This document shows, one piece after another, positions 15,985-24,900 of a stretch of DNA of 26,955 bases. Each line of letters begins with the position of its first letter. The first letter of the stretch is position 1. Source of the stretch: a virus (lineage: Duplodnaviria; Caudoviricetes). The translations under genes and the position numbers were made by a program. The notes under the pieces are model-generated. The model was not told where the DNA came from. It worked only from the letters and a program-made list of their open reading frames with translations, and searched no databases. The stretch is taken from positions 1 through 26,955 of IMG/VR virus record IMGVR_UViG_3300033562_000275; one strand, written 5' to 3'.

Positions 15985-17457
15985 ATGTTACAAGTTGTTA
16001 AACAAGGTGAGTTTGATGCTAAAGGACATACCAATGAAAATTCACTGGTTAAACTTATGCTTTCTAAACCTTCGGCTTTAAGTTCTAAGCTGATTTATCT
16101 TTGGGGAAAAGATAGTGATAAGTTCCCCCTTACTTTTACTACTATGGGTCAAGGCGCACAGGGTAAGTATGAGGTTAACAATGTTGAATACACTCTTAAG
16201 GTTATGGGTAGGATTACTCATACTGACGAAGTTGTTTACAATCAATATGTTACCGGATCTAAACCTGGACTTGGTTATGCTCCTTTTTATCTGTACGCTA
16301 AGTCTGAGAAGTTTACTGAACAGTTTGGGCTTATTGCTCCTGACGGTAAGACTAAGGCTCGTATCATGGAAAAGGGTGTTGCTATTCCCGGTCGTGGTAT
16401 TCGTTATACCCTTCAATTGAAGACTGCAAATGCTAACGCTTTTTGTGATCCCTCTCTACTTGCTTCCGGTAAGGTTTGGGTTATGACCGCTCCTACTGTT
16501 AGTGAATCACTTTCTAGGGGTAACAAGAGTAACGTTCAAGGGCCTGGAGTTCTTACTGGTCAAATATCTTTTCAAAGATACAGTAAGACTATTGCCGGTA
16601 ACTTAGCCAACAAGGTTACTGATATTCAATTTGACACAGAAGGTGGTGGTACTACCAATCTTTGGATTAACGAAGAGATGCGTCAGTTTGAATTTAGTAC
16701 TCGTCAGATGAACGAAGAGTTTAACTGGGAGAGTGAATATAACCGTACTCTTGACGGTACTATCGTAATGAAAGATTACGAGACTGGTGAGGTTATTCCT
16801 GAAGGTGCTGGTGTTATCGAGCAGGTCGCTACTCAAAACTTTGATACCTACGGATATCGTCTTACTACTGAAAAGATCAAGAACACTGTACGTTCTGTAA
16901 TGAACGGTGCAACTGACGATGGTAGTATGGATATCGTTCTTTATGGTGGTGACGGATTCCTTGAGGATTTCGATATGGCTATTAAGAATGACGCTGTTTC
17001 TTCCGGCTTTACCGCTTACCTTGGTGAAAAGGTTATTTCGGGTGATAATGGTAAACTGTCTTATGGTGCTTACTTTACTCAGTATCGTGACATCAAGGGT
17101 AACAGTATTACTTGCCGCCCTCTTAACTACTTCAATCATGGTAGTGTTGCCGAAGTTCAAAAGGCTAACAATATCCTTCACCCTCGTACTCAATTACCTA
17201 TTTGTTCTCATACTGGTATCTTCTTGGATCAGTCTAACTATGGTGGCGAACGTAACGTTCGTATGGCTACCATGACAGGTCAGGAAGAGATTACCAAGAT
17301 CGTTGTGGGTATGACCCCAATCCCTGCTTCATGGGGTGCTGCTGTTGGTAATATGGCATCTACCGATGTGGATAAATCTTCTTACGAAAAGAAGTTCTCC
17401 TCGGGTATTGCAATCGGCAACACTAAGCATTGCTTCATGTTAAAGTGTGAGTTGTAG
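15985..17457 (+). CDS. major capsid protein (crAssphage-like)
   Basis: N-terminus ...GHTNENSL...YLWGKDSDKFPLTFTTMGQG recalls crAssphage MCP; VSESLSRGN, NLWINEEMRQF, IPEGAG; strong high-expression codon bias. Confidence 0.92.
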   Translation: MLQVVKQGEFDAKGHTNENSLVKLMLSKPSALSSKLIYLWGKDSDKFPLTFTTMGQGAQGKYEVNNVEYTLKVMGRITHTDEVVYNQYVTGSKPGLGYAPFYLYAKSEKFTEQFGLIAPDGKTKARIMEKGVAIPGRGIRYTLQLKTANANAFCDPSLLASGKVWVMTAPTVSESLSRGNKSNVQGPGVLTGQISFQRYSKTIAGNLANKVTDIQFDTEGGGTTNLWINEEMRQFEFSTRQMNEEFNWESEYNRTLDGTIVMKDYETGEVIPEGAGVIEQVATQNFDTYGYRLTTEKIKNTVRSVMNGATDDGSMDIVLYGGDGFLEDFDMAIKNDAVSSGFTAYLGEKVISGDNGKLSYGAYFTQYRDIKGNSITCRPLNYFNHGSVAEVQKANNILHPRTQLPICSHTGIFLDQSNYGGERNVRMATMTGQEEITKIVVGMTPIPASWGAAVGNMASTDVDKSSYEKKFSSGIAIGNTKHCFMLKCEL

Positions 17458-17513
17458 TCGTTATCGTACTATTTGAAATAATGTAAAAGTGAAAACTTAT
17501 AAACAACAATACA

Positions 17514-18470
17514 ATGTTTACCATTAAGAAGAAAATATCTATCTTTAGAGTTCCTAGGGCTACTGAGTATGCTGCTAAAAATTTCAAAGTTTTAGATGAT
17601 GGTCATCAAAAGATCGGTTCATCTATTACTGGTGTTAGAGCTATGACAGCTTGTGACAATGAAATGGCTGCTTATCTACCTAAGATCATTGGAGTTTCTC
17701 CTAATTCTCAAGATTGGGGTAGTAAGATGGATAACTATTGGGAATCTCTATCTATTCCTATACCTGAACATGGTCTTGATTTGGAAGTTGGTTTTGCATA
17801 TGACGAAACTCTACCTGCGTCTAAAGCTCTTATTAATGCAAATAAAGATGTTTGCACTAATGTAGAAACGTTTGCACAGTTTGTTGATGCTAAGATTCCA
17901 GATTGTGACAAATACAAGTATGGGATTCCTATTAACATTGGTCAGTTTATTCTGTTTCGGTACTGTGCTAATTACAAGCCTGTTGCCAATAACATTGACG
18001 ATGTTGAAAAGAGTAAGGATATTAAGTTCTACTTTGTTGATCAGAGTTACATGGATACTAGGGCTGAAAAGCTTCTTAGACTTCGTGACAAAGCCGGTCT
18101 TGCTTACTACAGCGTTGTTGGTAAAGTCGAAGAGATTAAAACTCTTCTTTACGCTATGGGTCGTGGATATGAGACTGAGGGTAAGAATGAAACTCAACTC
18201 ACAATGCTTCTCGAACGTATTAGAAACGAGGAACCTCAACTACTTATCGATGCCCATGCTGACGCTACTCTTGGTAACAAAGCTTTCATTGAACGTTGTA
18301 TTGTTAGAGGTTTGCTAAACAGACAGGTTAACAGTACTATCATACAGGTTGCTGCCGATAATACCATTCTCGGTAATACCATTGATGAAGCTGTTGTAGC
18401 TTTGGCTAGTGCCGCAAATGCTGTCACTCTCAATACGCTTCAACTTGCACTTAAAGCTATTCCTGCTTAA
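17514..18470 (+). CDS. conserved crAss-like protein after MCP (gene 75-like)
   Basis: IGSS...YLPKIIGVSPN, KYGIPINI.QFILFRYC, KAFIERCI.RGLL, ILGNTIDEAV; synteny. Confidence 0.75.
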   Translation: MFTIKKKISIFRVPRATEYAAKNFKVLDDGHQKIGSSITGVRAMTACDNEMAAYLPKIIGVSPNSQDWGSKMDNYWESLSIPIPEHGLDLEVGFAYDETLPASKALINANKDVCTNVETFAQFVDAKIPDCDKYKYGIPINIGQFILFRYCANYKPVANNIDDVEKSKDIKFYFVDQSYMDTRAEKLLRLRDKAGLAYYSVVGKVEEIKTLLYAMGRGYETEGKNETQLTMLLERIRNEEPQLLIDAHADATLGNKAFIERCIVRGLLNRQVNSTIIQVAADNTILGNTIDEAVVALASAANAVTLNTLQLALKAIPA

Positions 18471-18482
18471 ACCCTGCACACT

Positions 18483-19634
18483 ATGTATTACACTGTTAGC
18501 GAACTTCATATAGGTATTGATACTGGTCTACAGACTATTAACAGTAACCGTAAGCTTAGTATCCAACCTTATGAAAAGGATTGGGTACTTAATGAAGTAA
18601 TGATGCAAGAAATTCTTAACATTGTTACTCCTAAAGCTAAATCTGGTAAATTTGAAGATAGTAGTACTAGGATTACGGCTTTAGAATCTCTTAAAGCTAT
18701 ATTTCCTACAATGCTTCCTACCTTTAAATATTCAGATACTGAAGTTTTCGCTCTCAAACCTAGTGATTGTCTATACCCTATTGCTAGCAAGGCTCGGATT
18801 ATTCCGAAGCCTTTTGCTAGTAACGTAAAGTTTACTGATAACACTACCACTAGACTTGCTTATTGCGTTGTACCTTTCGTAAAGGCTACTAACATTAGCA
18901 AGTATGTTACTGATTTTACAATCAAACTTGCAGATAGTGATAAGCTATTTGATGTTACTGAGAAACTGGAATATAATAATGCTGTTAATAAGTATGACTT
19001 TGAAGCTTTCGTTAAAGATTCTACTAAGTTCATGCTTATCAATTCGATCCTTGAAAGTGTTCGTACTGATAAAGGTGTAGATATCTATTGGGAAAAATGT
19101 ATTGATCTTTACTATCCTAATAGTTTTATCGTTGTGATTGATACGGCTATTTTTCCAACTACTACCAGTAAGTCCGGCATAGTTAGAGCGTTTAAGATTG
19201 ATACTAGTACTGTTACTATAAACGTTGGTGATGTTATTGTAACTAATCATTTCAAGTATTTCGATAAAGGTCTAATTGTTCAATCCGATCTTACACAGAA
19301 AGTTAAAGTTGTTCCTAATAGGTTCGTTACTCACTCTGATTATATCAAACTTGGTGACAACACATTTGCTCGTAGCAACGCGAACTCTGTTCTTTCTGTA
19401 TTTGAAAATGGTATTGTTCGTGCTAGTCATGATGATACTTTCGCTGTGACTGGCATTCAGTTAGAATACTATAGGAAACCTGTTCTTATCAATAGTCGAC
19501 TTAATATAGGTTGTGAAATCATAGACCCTGTGTTTATTAGCAATCTAGTTAATAAGACTGTTGTAAAACTTTCAGCTAGGATTAATGATCCTAGTTATCC
19601 AGTTATTGCACACGAGTCTACATTACTTACTTAA
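18483..19634 (+). CDS. putative tail ring/head-tail connector protein (gene 74-like) with central insertion
   Basis: N-terminal ELHIGID..L..INS...PYEKDWVLN and C-terminal LEYYRKP...CEI motifs recalled from the crAss ring-protein family. Confidence 0.65.
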   Translation: MYYTVSELHIGIDTGLQTINSNRKLSIQPYEKDWVLNEVMMQEILNIVTPKAKSGKFEDSSTRITALESLKAIFPTMLPTFKYSDTEVFALKPSDCLYPIASKARIIPKPFASNVKFTDNTTTRLAYCVVPFVKATNISKYVTDFTIKLADSDKLFDVTEKLEYNNAVNKYDFEAFVKDSTKFMLINSILESVRTDKGVDIYWEKCIDLYYPNSFIVVIDTAIFPTTTSKSGIVRAFKIDTSTVTINVGDVIVTNHFKYFDKGLIVQSDLTQKVKVVPNRFVTHSDYIKLGDNTFARSNANSVLSVFENGIVRASHDDTFAVTGIQLEYYRKPVLINSRLNIGCEIIDPVFISNLVNKTVVKLSARINDPSYPVIAHESTLLT

Positions 19635-19646
19635 AAACTTAATACA

Positions 19647-20597
19647 ATGAAAATTGCTATTGATAAGACTGGGGTAGGATATGGAGTTAATACTAGTGAT
19701 GTCGCTATCACTGATGTTGCTAATATCGGTACTCTAAAAGTTGGTAGTTTTCTGTTTGTTCATGATAACGGAAACGTTATTAAATCAGATGGTACTATAA
19801 CTACCGCTTCGACTGTTGTTCCTGACTATGGTATGGTATATTTTAACGATGGTGTTTCGATTAAATGTTCTCAACCTATTCGTCTGGAAACAGCAAAGCT
19901 TATGCCACCTCTTCCAAATGTTGCTCCAACGGTTCTAGTTGGAACGTTCGATCTTACACTCGGCACTATTACAGTAGATAAGTATAGTGGTGTTAACATG
20001 ATCGATAATACCCTACCAGTTTACGATCCTATTCGTATAACTACTATCGACAAATTCGTTGGTGTTGAAACTACTCAAACCGTTTTCGAGAATGCTATCG
20101 TTGCCAAGCTTCTTAAAGTTCCTTATATCGCAAGTGCTACTTTAGCCGCTCACGTTGTTACCGTTACTTTCAAAGAAGGTTATAACCCCGGTATGATTGG
20201 TCTTGGTTATCTCGAAACTAAAACCTTTACGGTTACTACTCCTCAAACTTATGCTGATTCTTTAACGGGTGTTGAACTACTGGCTTGGATTGATCGCGAG
20301 ATTGCTCCTTTGGATGGTAAACGTGAAAACAACCTTATGGGTAATGTAGGTTTATGGCGTAAGTCTTATCCTGTTGAACTTGGGGCTAAATACCTTGTTT
20401 GGGCTATTGCTTACACTATGATTGCCGGTGGTCGTCCTGCTCAAAACAGTCCGTCTATGACAAACTATGTTTACATAGCTATCGTTGAGGGTGAAGTTGC
20501 TGCCACTAACGAAGGTTACAAAGATATCTTCAAAGCTTTCATCAGTAAGGTCGGTAGTGATACTGGTGCGGCTGGTGCAGATGCTGCTGATAACTAA
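19647..20597 (+). CDS. virion structural protein (gene 73-like, possibly auxiliary capsid protein)
   Basis: Beta/Thr/Gly-rich; capsid-like codon bias; last gene before a strong terminator; synteny. Confidence 0.55.
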   Translation: MKIAIDKTGVGYGVNTSDVAITDVANIGTLKVGSFLFVHDNGNVIKSDGTITTASTVVPDYGMVYFNDGVSIKCSQPIRLETAKLMPPLPNVAPTVLVGTFDLTLGTITVDKYSGVNMIDNTLPVYDPIRITTIDKFVGVETTQTVFENAIVAKLLKVPYIASATLAAHVVTVTFKEGYNPGMIGLGYLETKTFTVTTPQTYADSLTGVELLAWIDREIAPLDGKRENNLMGNVGLWRKSYPVELGAKYLVWAIAYTMIAGGRPAQNSPSMTNYVYIAIVEGEVAATNEGYKDIFKAFISKVGSDTGAAGADAADN

Positions 20598-20618
20598 CCT
20601 ACCAATCGTAATATAATT

Positions 20619-20651
20619 AAAGTCGGAGTTCATGCTCCGACTTTTCTTGTT
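20619..20651 (+). terminator. intrinsic terminator ending the capsid operon
   Basis: AAAGTCGGAG-TTCATG-CTCCGACTTT, then TCTTGTT. Confidence 0.85.
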
Positions 20652-20673
20652 AATCTTACTTTAAATATGTGAC

Positions 20674-21339
20674 ATGAACTCGATCATACTACTGGCTGTA
20701 CCGATACTATTACAAGAGCCCTCGGCTTCAATAGTGAAAGAGATACTAAATATAAAAGAAGGATGGAAGTTCCTTATATCAATATTCTTCATAGTAGTAG
20801 TACCCAATATAGTAAACCTAATAAATAATATTATAAATCGTAAAAACGTTAGTAAGCTTAATAAGGATTATACAGACACTCTAAACAATATTAACACACT
20901 GGTTAAGGTTATGGATAGTAGAGTTAAAGCTATTGCTGAACAAAACTTTGATGAGTGCTCGCCTAAACAAATAGAAGTCGTATTTAAAGGCTGTGCTACG
21001 CTCGCTATTTGCGATCTAATGGCTAAGACTAAACGGCTTATAGAGATCAATAACATCATTAATAGACGGCAAACCGAACTACGTATAAAGCGTTTTGTCA
21101 AAGATACTTTTAACGCTACTAAAGCCGATCTATCATCGTATAAAAGAAAAGGTGTTCCAGCCAGTTCTTATATAGATGATACTTGGATAAGTGAGGTGTC
21201 CAATGTAATCATAGATTACGTTTACAACTGTACAACTAAATACGATGATACCATACTGCTACTTAGGTTGAATGAAACCTATACTAGTATAGGTTATACT
21301 TTTAACAAAAACGTTTTTCATAGTACGCTTTCTGAATAA
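20674..21339 (+). CDS. membrane-anchored protein (N-terminal TM plus soluble helical domain; holin-like topology)
   Basis: WKFLISIFFIVVVPNIVNLI TM, then a coiled coil and soluble domain. Confidence 0.6.
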   Translation: MNSIILLAVPILLQEPSASIVKEILNIKEGWKFLISIFFIVVVPNIVNLINNIINRKNVSKLNKDYTDTLNNINTLVKVMDSRVKAIAEQNFDECSPKQIEVVFKGCATLAICDLMAKTKRLIEINNIINRRQTELRIKRFVKDTFNATKADLSSYKRKGVPASSYIDDTWISEVSNVIIDYVYNCTTKYDDTILLLRLNETYTSIGYTFNKNVFHSTLSE

Positions 21340-21355
21340 CTAAAAACTTCTAACA

Positions 21356-21988
21356 ATGGCTACTCCGCTACTAAAATTAGAACTTCAATCAAATAGAAAT
21401 GTTTTGCTTATAACAGATGTTTCTACAGATGTTTGGGGTACGGCTGGTTATAACCTAGCAGACTTTGTTGCTGGTAATCCTACAAATAGTACTGTCGTTT
21501 TATCGGTATCCTATAGAACTTTAAATAGTAGTAATAGTGTTGTTATAGAACTTATTAAAGAAGGTGCTTTTGGAGTTCTAGCTAACGCTGTTACTAAAGA
21601 TAAGTTGACTTTTATGTTGGCTATTGATAAGGCTGGTGTTATGAAATACATTAGTAATCTTACCAATCTTCCAGCTGATAATCAGAAAATACCTGATGGT
21701 ATATATACTATTAGTTATAAGATTGATAACAAAGTTACCGTTATTGAATATACCTCTACTAATGTTATCAAAGAAGGTGCTGATCAAGTTGTTATCAAAA
21801 AGGCGGAAGCTTTAAGTAACAAGTTTCTAATTTGTAATACTACTAATCTGCAAGATATTTCAGATGATCTAGTTTATGAAGCTATGCTGTTTTGTGTTAC
21901 CAAAGCTTCTATAGTTTCTAAAACAGATGCTATTCTTAAACTACTAACTCTGATTAATAACGAAGACTATGAATATTATACCAATTAG
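21356..21988 (+). CDS. putative virion/tail-hub protein
   Basis: LLITDVS and IPDGIYTISY motifs; overlaps the start of the tail fibre gene; function by recall and synteny only. Confidence 0.5.
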   Translation: MATPLLKLELQSNRNVLLITDVSTDVWGTAGYNLADFVAGNPTNSTVVLSVSYRTLNSSNSVVIELIKEGAFGVLANAVTKDKLTFMLAIDKAGVMKYISNLTNLPADNQKIPDGIYTISYKIDNKVTVIEYTSTNVIKEGADQVVIKKAEALSNKFLICNTTNLQDISDDLVYEAMLFCVTKASIVSKTDAILKLLTLINNEDYEYYTN

Positions 21989-24900
21989 TGTAGATGATGC
22001 CAATCATAGTGTTGGTGAAAACATACTACTTACTCCGGTTGTTGATAATAATTCGTTTGAAACAGATAATTCTGGAAATAATATAAATACAATAGGTGTA
22101 GATAACTCTACGCCTATTGTTTTTTCTAGTACACCTGTTGCTGACGTTATACCTATAAGTGAATATATTGCTACCTTTGATAGACTGTCTGGAATAAATG
22201 CTATTAAAGATGATTTCAACAAAGACTCTGGCCCTTATAATGAGGTTTCTATTCTGAATGATTTCTTTGCATCTAATCAAGGTGCTTATATGTATCTTAA
22301 CGATCTAGCTAATAGTGTTAAAGGTACATTTCAATATCTTAGTAATATAGTTAAAGAGAATGACACTCTTTACGCTTCTAAATTTGATCTAACTGCTAAA
22401 GGTGTTACGACTCTAGCTCAGTCTGTACAATACGCTCAAGATTATATAGATATTAAATATACTAATTGGCAACTTACTGCCAATGGCATTCATACAGAGA
22501 TTGCAGATTCCATTGCTTATAACAATGGTCAGATGCAAACTTATATGAACACTATAGTAAATACAGCTAAAGAAAATACGGCTACCATAACCGCTAAACT
22601 GTTTAATGATTTTAATAAGTCTATGACTGAGACTTATACAACTATTAAACAATATAGTGACAGTATATCTCTATTTGCTAGTAAAGAAGTTGTTGACGCT
22701 ATAGGTTTAAAGGTAACTCAAAGTAGTGCTAGTTTAAAGGTTATGGCAGATCAGATTTCGGCAAGCGTTAAGCAGGTCGATTTCTCCTTACTACGGGGGA
22801 ATCTGAAAGGGATCACTGATAATCAAATTGTGTTTAATAGAGACCTACTAGCTGTACAAAATGCTGCTAGTACAGCTGTTGCTAATATAGCAGCTATTAA
22901 CCAACTACTTTTAGACAATGGCATTGATACGGATATTACTACTAGTTTAGGTAGTGAACTTGCTGCTGTTACAACAGCTTATAATAATCTTAAAAATGAT
23001 TTCAGTACTCTTACCGGCGTAGTTACTAGTCAAACTTCTAGTATAACTCACCTTAGTGATAGTATTACGTCTAAGGTAGATCAGACTATATTCGATCTTA
23101 CCAAAGGTGTTGTAACTCAGCAAGGTAGTGCTATAACTCAACTTAGTACAGCTATTAGTTTAAAGGTTAGTACGACAGATTTTGATATAATTAATAAGAC
23201 TGTAACAGATACTAAAAGTAGTATAACTATTTTAAATAATAGCATATCTAATAAAGTAGATGCATTGGTGTTTAACGCTCTGTCTTCTACTGTTAGTAAA
23301 CATGGTACAAGTATTACACAGTTAACAGATAGTATAACTAGTAAGGTTGGATCTACTGAATACGGTGCTAATAATACAGCTATCAGTAACCGATTTAGTA
23401 TAGTTGAACAAACCGCTAGTAAATGGTCTCTAATCTTAAATGAAAACGGTACAGCTAAAGCTAGTGTTTTAGTAGACGCTATTAATGGTGGTAATGTTAG
23501 TATTGCTGCTAGTAGAGTAAACATTAGTGGTGATACTCTGTTTAGTAGTGCGAAATATGATCCTAGTAAGAAAATTCAAAACTTTAATACACTACCTACA
23601 CATCCTTATTATATAAATGATTTATATTGTGATTCTACTGGTATTATATGGAAATGTGCTAAAGATAGTACTATAGGATATGTTACTAGTGACTGGGTAC
23701 TTGCTAGTAAATATACCGATGATACAGAAGCTCTTAGTAAGTCTACTAAATTCATTGGTGGTATCGATCCGTCTGTAACTTGGACTACTACTATTAAGAA
23801 ACGCGCACATCTAAATGATACTTGGATTACAGATAGTCTTGGTGGCAGTGCTAATAGTGAATATACATATTATGAAGTATCTGCTGATGTATATGGTTGG
23901 ATTAGATCTAAAACATCTATTGACGGTGGTCAAATAGATACTGGTTTAATTAGTGCTGATTATATTAATGTAGCATCTTTATTTACTAAAGAACTTACAG
24001 CTAATAACTTTAATCTTAAAGGTAAAGTTGGTAATTTCGAAGTTAAGAAATCTCTTATAGGTTATGGTATTGATGAACTTACCGGTATGGAAACTGGTAA
24101 TCGTATAATCATTGATCCCGACCGTAATGAAATAATCTTTGAAGCCGGTGGTACAAAGGGTATTCGTATAACTGGTGACGGTCTAACACCTTTAGCATAT
24201 TTACAAAGTACTGGTAATACTATTTATTATACTAACGGTACTGAGTTTTTAGCAGGTAATTCTGTAGTATGTAGTTATAATAATGTTGCCAGTAATAGTA
24301 ATAATATTAAGGTATTTAATGCTGGTATTAAGGGCAATCAACCTTATATATCTACAAGTCCTGCCGATAGTATTAGTAAAATATCATTAGGTACTGTTGG
24401 TAAAACTCTTATTTATAGTATTAACTTTCCATATCAAATTAAACTTAAACATAATGGAGCTACTTGTGATGGTAGACCTTATAGACTTACAGGTGCTGTA
24501 GATATAGCTGTTACTGTTAAACTTAAAGGTGATGCTGGAACTATAGCTACCGAAACTGAATTAATACATGTTAATGTTGATAGCGGTACTACCGGTGATA
24601 GTTATTCATTCAATAGACTTGAACGTTTTAATGTTCAGACCACTGGTGTTAATAGTTATTATTTTGAAGTTATTGTTAACATTGTTAATCCTGGGGGTAG
24701 ACTTTTAAGATACCAAACGTTTAACCATTCTACTTGGGCATCTCATAGTTATTGGAGTGAACAATATAATGAACCCATTACTTATGAAGTAACTATAGAT
24801 CGTAATTTTTCTATAGATAGTTCTATAGGTATAACCGAGATTGCTAAAAATGGTTTACAAAGTGTTTGGAGTGCTAGTAGATATATACGTGTAGACGGTA

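Noticed and set aside
10007-17457. Introns or inteins in terL, portal or MCP
   Set aside because: ORFs are continuous and of expected length; no LAGLIDADG/HNH or intein splice motifs noticed
17455-17481. Read-through extension of the major capsid protein
   Set aside because: Another in-frame stop follows TAG within 8 codons; no slippery site or downstream domain evident
16078-18509. Long antisense and alternate-frame ORFs over MCP and the next gene (e.g. 16603..17193)
   Set aside because: Shadow ORFs produced by strong codon bias of the real genes; no start context or motifs
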